Source of the DNA: Verrucomicrobiota bacterium
Lineage (GTDB): Bacteria > Verrucomicrobiota > Verrucomicrobiia > Opitutales > Seribacteraceae
Direction of reading: 5' to 3'
DNA: 64,000 nt
Assembly: GCA_027622665.1 (NCBI GenBank)
Contig: JAQBYT010000002.1
Coordinates: 192,001 to 256,000, forward strand
The position numbers and the translations under genes are program-made. A model generated the notes under the pieces. It saw nothing but the letters and a program-made list of their open reading frames with translations. It did not search any database and was not told the origin of the DNA. How positions within the stretch are numbered: position 1 is the stretch's first letter; every line of letters starts with the position of its first letter. Positions 19,600 through 29,311 of the stretch are shown in pieces.

Positions 19600-19890
19600 A
19601 TGCAACACACTGTGACCTTCCGTCTCAAACACCCTTCGGGTTCTCCCGCAGAGGCTAACTTTCTATCATCCGCCGAGGGACTGGCCGCCATCCCCGGGGT
19701 GAAGGACTTTCGGATCCGCCGTCAGGTCAGTCCAAAGAATTCCCATGCCTTCGGTATATCGATGCATTTCGACAGCGACGAAGACTTTCAGTCATACTGC
19801 AAGCATCCGCTCCATGACGCGTTTGTCCAGGAACACTGGATACCGGAGGTCAGGGATTTTAAAGAGGCCGATTTTGAAGTCATTTCATGA
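19600..19890 (+). CDS. Dabb family stress-responsive A/B barrel protein
   Basis: MQHTVTFRLK...LAAIPGV...FDS...Y..HPLH..FV; ATGA overlap with the next gene. Confidence 0.85.
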   Translation: MQHTVTFRLKHPSGSPAEANFLSSAEGLAAIPGVKDFRIRRQVSPKNSHAFGISMHFDSDEDFQSYCKHPLHDAFVQEHWIPEVRDFKEADFEVIS

Positions 19891-22800
19891 AGTATTTTCT
19901 TTCATCTTTGTCTCTGGCTACCTGCCTCGTCTTGCAGACCTTGCTCCTTTTTCCCTCCGATCCGGTTCACGGCGTCGAGAAGGTCAAGTTCTCCCCGCAC
20001 ACCTTTACGCTTCCGGATGGTTTTGCCTTGAAGCAAGTGGCCGCGCCTCCCTTGGTGAAGCGTCCCATCCACATGTATTTCGACCTGGATGGATCGCTCT
20101 ACGTCACGGATAGCTCGGGGAACACGGACCCGGCCCCGAAACAACTCAAGAACCCGAGGCATCGTGTTTTGCGTTTGGTCGACCGGGACGGCGATGGTGT
20201 GTTCGACGACTCGACCGTCTTCGCCGACCGCTTGCCTTTTCCGGAAGGCATCCTCGTCCATGAAGGCTCCGTCTACGTGGGAGCTCCCCCCCACATTTGG
20301 AAACTACGCGATACCGATGGCGATCATGTTGCGGATGAGCGAACCGTCTGGTTCGACGGTGGGTCCATTGAAGGCTGTGGAAATGATCTTCACGGGCCTT
20401 ATCTAGGCCCTGACGGTTTTTTTTACTGGTGCAAGGGAGCCTTTGCACCGCAGAGTCACGTGCTTGGGAATGGGAGGACTTTTAACTCGAGGGCCGCTCA
20501 TATTTATCGCGCCAGACCCGATGGCAGCCAACTGGAAGTTGTTATCACCGGAGGGATGAACAACCCCGTCGGACTCACCTTCAGTGGATCAGGGGAACGT
20601 TTTCTCAGTGGTACCTTCTTTGATCTTTCCGGGCCAGGAAAACGCGATGGGATTCTTCATGCCGTCTACGGGGGAACGTATGGCAAGCGGAATGATCGCG
20701 TTCTTTCCCCGCACCCGAATTCGGGACGCTTGTTGCCCGTTCTTTCTCAAATGGGGCCCTCGGCTTCCTCGGGAATCGTGATGCCCAAAAGTAATGCGCT
20801 TGGAATGATGGGCGATTTGCTCTGTGCGGATTTCAACCTGCGACGTCTCTCCAGACACCGGCTGTCCCGAACAGGATCGACCTATTCCGCCGAGATGAGC
20901 GCCTTCCTTGAAAGTGACCAAAGCGACTTCCACCCTACCGACGTGATCGAAGATGCGGATGGCAGTCTTTTGGTGGCGGATACCGGAAGCTGGTACATGA
21001 TCTGTTGTCCGACCTCCAAGGTCGCCAAGCCCGATGTCCTTGGATCAATCTATCGGGTTCAAAGGAAGAATGCCCCTTCTCCCAAAGATCCCCGCGGCTT
21101 GGAACTTGATTGGACGAAGCCCCAAGTCGATTGGCTGTCCGATGAGCGACCTGCCGTGGTCAAGCGGGCCATCGAGACTCTTGCCAAGGTGAGCAACATC
21201 GATCAATTGATTGGAGCCAAGGCCCGTATTCCTGCTCTCTGGACGCTTCACGGAATTTCAGGAAAGGATGCCCGCGCTGCAGTTCGTAATTTTCTCAGGG
21301 ACGAAAAAGTCGATGCCCAGATGGCTGCGGTTCATAGTGCGGGGCTTTGGCGTGATCCGGAGGCGGTGATGCCGCTGGTCGAGCTCCTTGCCTCCGATGA
21401 TGCTTCGCTGCGACGATTGGCTGCCATGGCCTTGGGCAGGATAGGGGACCGTCGGGCGGTGAAACCTTTGCTCGCTGCAGGCTTGGTCAAAACAGATCCT
21501 TTTCTGAAGCATGCCATCACCTATGCCCTGTATGAGATCGGGGATGAGAAAGGTCTTCCCGCCGATCATCCCATGATCAAGCAGGTTGGGCTCATGCACA
21601 AGATCGACAAGCGTAGCCCGTCGAAGTACGTCATGCCCGAGATCCAATTGGCTGATGCCGTGAAACCGGATCCGGACAAGGAGGCCCGCCAAGGCAACCG
21701 CCTCGATCAGCTTGCCGGGTTTTTGCCCAAGGGAAATCCCGTTCGCGGGGAGAAACTCTTTCACGACGCGACCAAGTCCTTGTGCATCACCTGCCACGTC
21801 AAAGGGGACAAGGGAGTGGATTTTGGACCGGACCTTACCAGGATCGGGGCCATTCGCAGTGAACGTGACTTGCTCGAGGCAATTGTGTACCCCAGTTCCA
21901 CTATCGCTCGCTACTACGAGCTCTTGATCGTGCAGAAAAAACAAGGCGAAGCGGCGGGTTTGCTGCGTCGGGACTCCGTCGACGAAATCGTCCTCGGTCC
22001 GGCTCCGGGAGTGGAGCAATCCATCCCCATGAAAGAAATCAATGGAGCCAAGTATTCCAACGTTTCCCTGATGCCCGAGGTTTTTGACAACCTCTTGAAA
22101 CCCGAGCAAATAGCCGACCTAGTGGCCTATCTTAAAGAGGCGAAGGGGCCGGTTGCGTCATTCCCTACCGAGGATATTCCCTCCCATCATGCGATCAACC
22201 TGCCTGGTCTGCACGCTTATGCCCAAAAGAGCATTGCCGCGGGCGAGGAGATTGAGTTTCGGGTGAGCAGTACCGTCCCTTATGACTTGTCCGTAGTTAA
22301 GTTGGGTGCAGATCCGGAGAATCGTGACAAGGATCCGGTCCTGCAGTCCTTTCAGGTTGAACAACCGCAGGCCCAGCCGATTCATCCGGGATCGTACCTG
22401 CACGTGGCCAAGTCGCTGCCGGTCGAGAGACGTCTGTCGCAGTTGAGCCTAGAGTGCTGGATTCGCCCGTTCAAGTTTGGACAATCACAGAAACAGTCTT
22501 TTCATTCAGGTTCCTACCTGCGCGTGGCCAAGGCGCTACCGGTCGAGAGACGTCTGTCGCAGTTGACCTTGGAGTGCTGGATACGCCCGTTTAGGTTGTC
22601 CGGTTGGCAGGGGTTGATCACCCAGCACGATTATCCGAAGCGATGTGGCGTTGGGTTGTTCCTTAGCGAAGGGACCATCGTTTTTGGCACCGGGGGCGGA
22701 GGTGGTTATGATGCGACCACCTTTCAGCAAACCAAGTCTGGACTGATCAAGGCCCAGCAATGGCATCATTTGGTTGGTAGTTGGGACGGAAGGAAAAAAA

Positions 22801-25154
22801 GAGTCTTTGTTGATGGCCAACTCGCGGCTGAAATCCCATTTGCCGGAATGGTGCGACCCGGTGCGACCGACCTCCGTGTCGGCGCCTATGCTCAAGAGGG
22901 AGAATCGGTTAACTTCTTCAACGGCGATGTCGCAATGTGCGCCATCTATGATCGGGCCCTAAGTGAGGATCAGATAAAGAAACGCTTTGCCGATCGCGGC
23001 TTGACGACACCGAAGGGGGATCGCCTGCTGGCCTGCTGGCCGTTCACCGAAGAACGAGGCGTAAAGGTTGCCGACGTAAGTGAATTTGGGCGGGATGCGC
23101 GGATTATCAACCGAGGAACCTGGATGATCGGGGGACCGAGTTTTAACGCCAATGCGTCCAAGCGAAACGACCCGGGACATGATCCGGTTAAGGGAGAGAA
23201 ACGTGGTCACGGGCTTCGTCTTGCTGCCGACAAAATCTACAATATACCCCGTTGGACAGGCTTGGTCACCCAGCACGATTATCCTGAGCGATGTGGTGTG
23301 GGTTTGTTCCTGAGTGAGGATAGAATCATTTTTGGCACAGGAGGGGGAGGTCCCTACGATGCGTCCGCCTTCCAGCAAACCAAGCCCGGATTAATCAAGA
23401 CTCAACGTTGGCACCATTTGGTTGGCAGCTGGGACGGGAAGAAAAAGCGCATCTACATCGATGGCAAATTGGCGGGCGAGGCTGCCTTTGCCGATACCGT
23501 GCGCCCCGGCAAAACCGCTCTGCGCATCGGGGCCTATGGGCAAGAAGGAGAGGCAGTGAACTTCTATAACGGCGATATCGCGATGTGCGCCATCTATGAT
23601 CGGGCCCTAAGTGAGGATCAAGTAAAGAAACGCTTTTCCGATCGCGGCTTGAACGTTCCCAATGATGACCGTTTGCTGGCCTGCTGGCCGTTCACCGAGG
23701 AACGGGGTAAGCAAGTTGCTGATGCGAGCGATTTCGGGCGGGATGGCCGGATCATCAACCGTGGGACCTGGATGATCGGGGGGCCGAGCTTTGATGGCTC
23801 CGCCATCAACCGTCAGGACTCGGAATACGACCCGGTCAAGGATGAGAAACGAGGTCATGGGCTCCGCTTGGCTACCGATGAAATATACAATGCCCGCTGG
23901 AAGGTGAGCCACCGGTTCCGTGTTCCTGCCGATGCCAAGTCAGGAGTCTACGCGGGGCGGTTCGATTTTAAGTTGAAGGGCAAGTCGATGAGATATCACA
24001 CCTCGTTCATCGTGAGGCGTCCAGAGTACAAGCCGAAGGCTCCGCTTTTGGTGCTCGTTTCCTCCAATACCTGGCTGGCTTACAACTCGGTTCCGTTTCC
24101 CGTCAATCACGGCAAGGGCTTGGTCAATATGGGTACGGGTGGATTGGCCAACAGCCACCCCGGAGCTCCCAAGTACAGTTTCTACAGTGACCACCGCAAT
24201 GGGCAACCGACCTACAAGGTCGGACTGAAAGTGCCTTGGCCTGCGGGCGGTCCCAACAAGACCTATATCGGCGGCGGATACAGTCATCTGCTCCGCGGCG
24301 AGCGCTTCTTGCATCTTTGGCTGGACAAGCATAGGTACGAGTACGATGTGATAACCGATCGGGATCTGGATCGTAATCCGGAAATATTGAAAGGATACAA
24401 GGCGGTTTTGGTGAACGGGCATAGCGAGTATTGGTCGGCACGGGCCTACGACGGACTGGACGATTACCTCAACGCTGGCGGAGCGGCCGTGGTCATGTCA
24501 GGTAACACCATGTTTTGGAGAGTAAGCTTCGATGAGACCGGCGAGGTCATGGAGTGCCGCAAATTCGGGGGAGGAATCGGCGGAAGAAGATTGGCCAAGG
24601 TGGGCGAGCTCTATCACAGCCATGACTTCAAGCGAGGCAGCCTGATGCGCTTTTGCGGATACCCGGCCTGGAAACTGGTCGGTTTGGAATGCATCGGGTG
24701 GGGCGGAGGGAATTTCGCGAACTATCAAGTCGACGTTCCGGATCATTTCTTGTTTGCCCAGCCTCACAAGACCGGACTGAAAAAGGGAGATCCCTTCGGG
24801 TTCACCAAAGGCAAAACGGGCGCGGTCGGACACGAATACGATGTGCGTCTGTCGACTTTGTTACGGGCGACCAAGCACCCTGCGCTTAAGGGGCTGGTCG
24901 AACCGGAGGGGATCGTCACAATCGCTAGTAGTCAGAGTAATCGCAACATCCTTGATTTCAATGCCGTAGCTCACAGCAAGAGGGTGGGGGACGAGCAGAC
25001 GATTGCGGAGATCATTTATTGGGAGCGACCTCAGGGGGGGCGCGTTTTTCACACGGGCTCCATCGCTACCGCATGGGCCATGTATTACGACGAACCCCTG
25101 AGCAACCTGGTCCGTAACGTCCTTCATCACTTCAAGGTGAAGCCGAAGAAATAA
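19887..25154 (+). CDS. Fusion: PVC-type heme-binding propeller/HEAT/cytochrome c + LamG domains + N,N-dimethylformamidase large-subunit-like domain
   Basis: FTLPDGF..VAAPPLV, DRDGDG..D.STVF, FHPTDV..ADGSL.V.D, HEAT repeats, CITCH..GPDLT..SLMPE; HAYAQKSIAAGEEIEFRVSS; LamG WHHLVGSWDG x2; SSNTWLAYN, GHSEYWS, SGNTMFW. Confidence 0.88.
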   Translation: MKYFLSSLSLATCLVLQTLLLFPSDPVHGVEKVKFSPHTFTLPDGFALKQVAAPPLVKRPIHMYFDLDGSLYVTDSSGNTDPAPKQLKNPRHRVLRLVDRDGDGVFDDSTVFADRLPFPEGILVHEGSVYVGAPPHIWKLRDTDGDHVADERTVWFDGGSIEGCGNDLHGPYLGPDGFFYWCKGAFAPQSHVLGNGRTFNSRAAHIYRARPDGSQLEVVITGGMNNPVGLTFSGSGERFLSGTFFDLSGPGKRDGILHAVYGGTYGKRNDRVLSPHPNSGRLLPVLSQMGPSASSGIVMPKSNALGMMGDLLCADFNLRRLSRHRLSRTGSTYSAEMSAFLESDQSDFHPTDVIEDADGSLLVADTGSWYMICCPTSKVAKPDVLGSIYRVQRKNAPSPKDPRGLELDWTKPQVDWLSDERPAVVKRAIETLAKVSNIDQLIGAKARIPALWTLHGISGKDARAAVRNFLRDEKVDAQMAAVHSAGLWRDPEAVMPLVELLASDDASLRRLAAMALGRIGDRRAVKPLLAAGLVKTDPFLKHAITYALYEIGDEKGLPADHPMIKQVGLMHKIDKRSPSKYVMPEIQLADAVKPDPDKEARQGNRLDQLAGFLPKGNPVRGEKLFHDATKSLCITCHVKGDKGVDFGPDLTRIGAIRSERDLLEAIVYPSSTIARYYELLIVQKKQGEAAGLLRRDSVDEIVLGPAPGVEQSIPMKEINGAKYSNVSLMPEVFDNLLKPEQIADLVAYLKEAKGPVASFPTEDIPSHHAINLPGLHAYAQKSIAAGEEIEFRVSSTVPYDLSVVKLGADPENRDKDPVLQSFQVEQPQAQPIHPGSYLHVAKSLPVERRLSQLSLECWIRPFKFGQSQKQSFHSGSYLRVAKALPVERRLSQLTLECWIRPFRLSGWQGLITQHDYPKRCGVGLFLSEGTIVFGTGGGGGYDATTFQQTKSGLIKAQQWHHLVGSWDGRKKRVFVDGQLAAEIPFAGMVRPGATDLRVGAYAQEGESVNFFNGDVAMCAIYDRALSEDQIKKRFADRGLTTPKGDRLLACWPFTEERGVKVADVSEFGRDARIINRGTWMIGGPSFNANASKRNDPGHDPVKGEKRGHGLRLAADKIYNIPRWTGLVTQHDYPERCGVGLFLSEDRIIFGTGGGGPYDASAFQQTKPGLIKTQRWHHLVGSWDGKKKRIYIDGKLAGEAAFADTVRPGKTALRIGAYGQEGEAVNFYNGDIAMCAIYDRALSEDQVKKRFSDRGLNVPNDDRLLACWPFTEERGKQVADASDFGRDGRIINRGTWMIGGPSFDGSAINRQDSEYDPVKDEKRGHGLRLATDEIYNARWKVSHRFRVPADAKSGVYAGRFDFKLKGKSMRYHTSFIVRRPEYKPKAPLLVLVSSNTWLAYNSVPFPVNHGKGLVNMGTGGLANSHPGAPKYSFYSDHRNGQPTYKVGLKVPWPAGGPNKTYIGGGYSHLLRGERFLHLWLDKHRYEYDVITDRDLDRNPEILKGYKAVLVNGHSEYWSARAYDGLDDYLNAGGAAVVMSGNTMFWRVSFDETGEVMECRKFGGGIGGRRLAKVGELYHSHDFKRGSLMRFCGYPAWKLVGLECIGWGGGNFANYQVDVPDHFLFAQPHKTGLKKGDPFGFTKGKTGAVGHEYDVRLSTLLRATKHPALKGLVEPEGIVTIASSQSNRNILDFNAVAHSKRVGDEQTIAEIIYWERPQGGRVFHTGSIATAWAMYYDEPLSNLVRNVLHHFKVKPKK
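22381..23891 (+). repeat. Nested intragenic duplication (A-A'-B'-B) of a LamG unit
   Basis: About 100-bp copies at 22381-22480 and 22501-22600 (120-bp offset), followed by about 640-bp copies at about 22606-23243 and 23254-23891 (648-bp offset). Confidence 0.85.
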
Positions 25155-25206
25155 CCCTGACTTCTCCTCGAGTTTTTCTCGGCTCGAGCGTTCGGTATTG
25201 CGCGGC

Positions 25207-27756
25207 CTACTTGCTCAAGAAGATCTTGCTTTGCACGACCAAGTGAACCAGATCGCGCAGACGGTTTCCGTCCTTTTTCAATTTGGACGTGATTTGGTCG
25301 ATTTCACCGCGGTCGCCGGCTTCGAGCAGGCGACCGGTTGCATAGGTCAGCATCTTTTCAGTCAGGCAGTGGGCGACTTGTGATTCGCGCTCCAGCAGCA
25401 TGGTTTTGAACTCGACGAGGTCCTTGACTTCGCGACCGTTCGCCAGCACCGCTAAGGTATCGATCGGAGGTGCATGCTTGGCTTTCTTGTCCACCTTCGG
25501 GTAGTTGTCACGCCAACGCCCGATTGGGTCGAAGCTCTCTAGTGCGTATCCCATGGGGTCGATCTTCTGGTGACAACTCCTGCACGATTCCTGGTTGCGG
25601 TGGGCCGCGAGTTGCTCTTTGAGGGTTTTCATTCCGCGCAGGTCGGGCGAAAGCGGTTCCACGTCGGGTGGTGGTTGAGGCGGTGGGGTGCCGAGAATGT
25701 TTTCGAGGACGTATACGCCGCGGACGATCGGTGAGGTGTCCACCCCATTCGCCGTTACGGTCATGACCGCAGGCATGGTCAGTAACCCACCCCGTCGCGT
25801 GTCCTCCAACTTCACTTTCCGCAAGTGCTCGCCCACCACCTTCTGTTTGTAGATCAGTTCGCCGAGCATCTTGTTCATGAAAGTGTAATCCGAATCAATG
25901 AAGTTGCGGATCGGACCATTGGTTTCCAAGAGGTCGCTGAAAAACGCATCGACCTGCGGGACCAAGTAGTCCTTCACCCGGAAGTAATGCCCGAAGGGAC
26001 CTCTTTTATCCGGTTCCATGCGCCCGAGTTCGTGGAGCTTCAGCCAACGTTCGGGAAAATGGCGACCAAACGCGGCCGCTTTCGGGTCTTTCAACATCCT
26101 CTCGGTCTGACGGCTCAACTCTGCGGGATTCGACAATTTGCCTAAGCGGGCGAGCTTCATGAGTGCTTCATCGGGCATTGACGACCAGAGGAAGTAGCTT
26201 AAGCGCGAAGCGAGGGCGAAGTCGTTGAGCGCCCCTTGATTCTGCCGGAGGTATACGAAGTCGGGCGAACAGAGAATGGCGGAGTATGCTCCTTTCATCG
26301 CTTCCTGTTTCGAATTGCCATCCGTTATCAGTTGTTCCGCCAAGTCGACGAAGGTATCCATTTCCTCGGGTACGACCGGTCGCCGGTAGGCCCGCTCGGC
26401 GAAGGCGTGGAAGAGCTTTTTCAGGTCCGCCTCTTCGATCGGACCCGTTCCGTACAGGGCGGTGTGGCTTTTGGGGGGCCACTCTTGGGGCATGGCTTCG
26501 ATACGGTAGCTGTGTACGCGCAGAGTCGGTCCGAGATAGCCTTTCTTGAACAGTACTGCAGCGACCTCTTTCTTGAATCCTTTCTGCTTGCGGTCAATCT
26601 TCTCGTATTCTTTCGGATACCATTGTTCGAGCAGGACGTGCCAGGCGTTGTGCCGGAACCAGGGACCGTTCTCCCAACCGATCCAGGTACTCCATGGGTT
26701 GTCTATCCAGGTCTCGAAGGAGAAGGTCCGCTTCTTGCCATCGCCGGGTAGAGTCCAATGTTTGATGCGGTCGTGACGCGGCCCGCGCTTGTGCTCATTG
26801 CGCTGCAGGTAGAGACCGATCTCGAATGGTTCTTCAAGACTCTCGCGGCCCTGATGAATGAGACCTCCCTCGCGCACCGTCCAGTCGCCCCATGCGTCCG
26901 GTTTCGGGTTGTGGGCGGAGATCTCTACGGTGATCCTGTAGTTGGCCGGCCGGCGCATCCCGCCGACGTGCTTGTCCGGTCCGATCCGGTTGTAGCGGTC
27001 CCAGCGCTGAAACACCTCGTCGTAGGTTTCGTTCTTGTCCCGCTGATATTTGCCGAGGCTCCCGTCGTGCAGCGTCGTGGTGCAAATAGGAGCGGTGAAA
27101 GTCTCCGCCTCGAAAAGTTTCTGCGGTTCGTTGCGTGTGACCATGTCGATGACTTCTTCGCCAGCCCTAATCAGCATCTTCAGTAGGAAGTCCGACATAA
27201 CCAGTTGCTGGCCGATGTTGTCGAAACCCTCCGCCTCCTCATCGTCTTGAAAACTCCGGGTTGGCTCGATCGTCTTTTGGGCAGTGATGCCGTTACCGTT
27301 GAAGTCATAGAGTCCGGATACCACGGTGGGATCGAAATCGGGATGTTTGACGTGGAACAGGTCACGCAGCGTGTTGCGCAGTTCGAATTTGTTCAGTCGC
27401 CTAATGACCGCTTGGCCTCCCGTGCTCTTGCGGGCCGCGTAGGCCTGCAGCAACACTGGCGAAAGACCCTTGATCACCTTGGCGCTTTCCTCGAAGGGCG
27501 GCTGGGGCTGCTTCTTCGGTGGCATTTCGCCGAGGTTGAGTTGATCGAGAATTCCTTGCCAGGTTTCGAGCGTCTGGAGTTCGGAAAGATCGGTACCGAG
27601 CGTGTCGAAGCGAAACTCGCCCTTTTGTTTCTTGGAACCGTGACACTCGAAGCAGTGTGCCTTGAGAAAAGGTCTGTGGGCTTCCAGCTTCGGGTCTGCC
27701 TTGCACAAGGATACAAAGCCCAAAAGAATCGCAAACCGGAGAACTTGTATTTTCAC
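25207..27756 (-). CDS. Di-heme cytochrome c / DUF1587 / DUF1595 / DUF1592 / DUF1588 / DUF1585 protein (subtype B, cassette 2)
   Basis: CFECH + GEMPP; RRLNKFELRNTLRDL..GFDN; AYRRP; LASRLSYFLWSSMPD; RGGLLT, TSPIVRG, CRSCH..IDP.G; LTYATGR. Confidence 0.92.
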   Translation of the reverse strand: MKIQVLRFAILLGFVSLCKADPKLEAHRPFLKAHCFECHGSKKQKGEFRFDTLGTDLSELQTLETWQGILDQLNLGEMPPKKQPQPPFEESAKVIKGLSPVLLQAYAARKSTGGQAVIRRLNKFELRNTLRDLFHVKHPDFDPTVVSGLYDFNGNGITAQKTIEPTRSFQDDEEAEGFDNIGQQLVMSDFLLKMLIRAGEEVIDMVTRNEPQKLFEAETFTAPICTTTLHDGSLGKYQRDKNETYDEVFQRWDRYNRIGPDKHVGGMRRPANYRITVEISAHNPKPDAWGDWTVREGGLIHQGRESLEEPFEIGLYLQRNEHKRGPRHDRIKHWTLPGDGKKRTFSFETWIDNPWSTWIGWENGPWFRHNAWHVLLEQWYPKEYEKIDRKQKGFKKEVAAVLFKKGYLGPTLRVHSYRIEAMPQEWPPKSHTALYGTGPIEEADLKKLFHAFAERAYRRPVVPEEMDTFVDLAEQLITDGNSKQEAMKGAYSAILCSPDFVYLRQNQGALNDFALASRLSYFLWSSMPDEALMKLARLGKLSNPAELSRQTERMLKDPKAAAFGRHFPERWLKLHELGRMEPDKRGPFGHYFRVKDYLVPQVDAFFSDLLETNGPIRNFIDSDYTFMNKMLGELIYKQKVVGEHLRKVKLEDTRRGGLLTMPAVMTVTANGVDTSPIVRGVYVLENILGTPPPQPPPDVEPLSPDLRGMKTLKEQLAAHRNQESCRSCHQKIDPMGYALESFDPIGRWRDNYPKVDKKAKHAPPIDTLAVLANGREVKDLVEFKTMLLERESQVAHCLTEKMLTYATGRLLEAGDRGEIDQITSKLKKDGNRLRDLVHLVVQSKIFLSK

Positions 27757-27801
27757 AATTCCCTTTTCTCTTCGGCGACCTTGTTTTGTAACGCGATCAG
27801 C

Positions 27802-29064
27802 CTAGGCGGATTTCCACTCCAGTCCCGCTAGTGTTCCCGTGCTCGTTCCGAACCGGTCCACCTCCAGGCCAAAGTTTTGCAGCATGGATAAGAGCAGGTT
27901 GCACGCCTTCACCCGCTCGAATTTCCCATCGGGCAAAACGACGTGCTCGCCTAGCTTGAATCCGCCGCCCACGAGGACGAGTGGCATGTTCTTGCAGGAA
28001 TGGGTTCCTGTCGCCATGCCGCAGCCATACAAGATCATGGTGTGGTCAAACAGCGTACCTCCGTTGATCGGGTCTTCCTTCGCCTTCAACAGATCGATGA
28101 GGTAGGCCATCTGGGCGATTTGGTTCCTCTCGATCTTCTTTAATGCGTCGGTATGGTCTGGCCGCTCTCCATGATGGGAGAAGCCGTGATAGCCACCCTG
28201 CAGGCCGAAGTCGCCATTGGTAAATCCGCTGGAGAGCGTCATGATGCGGGTGGAATCGGTTTCGATTGCGAGTGTCATCAACTCCATCATGATCTTCATT
28301 TCATCCGCGGTCTGCGGTTGGGGGAGCGGCTCCTCCATCTCGACCTTCGGCTTCGGGCGGTCGAGCCACGGCTCCTGCAAATCGATCTTCTTTTCCAGGC
28401 TGCGCACGGAATCCAGATATTCGGCGAACTTCTGCTGATCCTGTTTTCCCAGTTCCCCGCTTACCGCCTTGGCTTTGTCGAGCACTGAGTCCAAGATGCT
28501 GCCGTGTCGCTTCAGGCGCAGTCGCTCTTGTTCCCTCGCATCGGGGGAGTCCTCCAGAAATAGCTTGCGATACATGGCCGTGACGTCGATCGAGGGCACT
28601 TGCACGCCCGCGCGATTGAAACTGGTCTGGTTGTTTTCCTTTACTTTCAGGGTCATCGACGGATAACGGGTAGCCGCGCCGACGAATTCTGCCGCCTTCT
28701 GATCCATGCTGATGTTTCCCTCGGGAAAGCTCGAAGACATGTCCGGACGGATTCCATTTAGAAAAGTCGGTACGCAAGCATGTCCTCCGGTCAGGCCGTG
28801 ATCGAGGTTGGAGAACACGGTGAAATCCTTGCGATGCTTGGTCAGTGGTTGCAGCGTGGGCGAGAGCTCGTAGTCGGTTCCACCTGCGGTCGGAAAAAAT
28901 GCCTTCTGGTATACCCCGTAGTTATTCGACAGGCAGACCATGCGCTTGACGGCTTTTCCCCCATTGGTCGCATCGGCGACTGCAGTGAGTGATTCCATCA
29001 TCGGGAGGGCAATCGCAACTCCGCCAGCACGGAGGAAACTTCTTCTGTTCAATGATGTTCTCAT
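27802..29064 (-). CDS. DUF1552 (HXXSHH) Tat-exported protein (subtype B, cassette 2)
   Basis: NRRSFLRAGGVAIALP; GGH; SMDQ.AA; YLDSVR.LE; YHGFSHH; TLFDHT.ILYG. Confidence 0.92.
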   Translation of the reverse strand: MRTSLNRRSFLRAGGVAIALPMMESLTAVADATNGGKAVKRMVCLSNNYGVYQKAFFPTAGGTDYELSPTLQPLTKHRKDFTVFSNLDHGLTGGHACVPTFLNGIRPDMSSSFPEGNISMDQKAAEFVGAATRYPSMTLKVKENNQTSFNRAGVQVPSIDVTAMYRKLFLEDSPDAREQERLRLKRHGSILDSVLDKAKAVSGELGKQDQQKFAEYLDSVRSLEKKIDLQEPWLDRPKPKVEMEEPLPQPQTADEMKIMMELMTLAIETDSTRIMTLSSGFTNGDFGLQGGYHGFSHHGERPDHTDALKKIERNQIAQMAYLIDLLKAKEDPINGGTLFDHTMILYGCGMATGTHSCKNMPLVLVGGGFKLGEHVVLPDGKFERVKACNLLLSMLQNFGLEVDRFGTSTGTLAGLEWKSA

Positions 29065-29311
29065 GAGAATATTCTTCTACTGTTTTACATGGTTAGGAGT
29101 CTCGACTGTATCATAGGAAAATTAGCATGTCTAACACAAAACATAGGAAACCTACCATTTTTGGGCATGACACCCGTTACCTCTCTTCACTTCATTGCAA
29201 ATACCGAAGGAAGCATGGGTTAATATTATCGACCATGGTTGAATCGGTGGCCAATATTTCTCTTCCTGGCAAAAGCTGGGATAGCTTTTTGTTTTTCATG
29301 CCCATTCAGTT

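Noticed and set aside
25155..25206. Possible bidirectional terminator between convergent genes (CTCGAG...CTCGAG)
   Set aside because: Short stem, long loop and no flanking U-tract.
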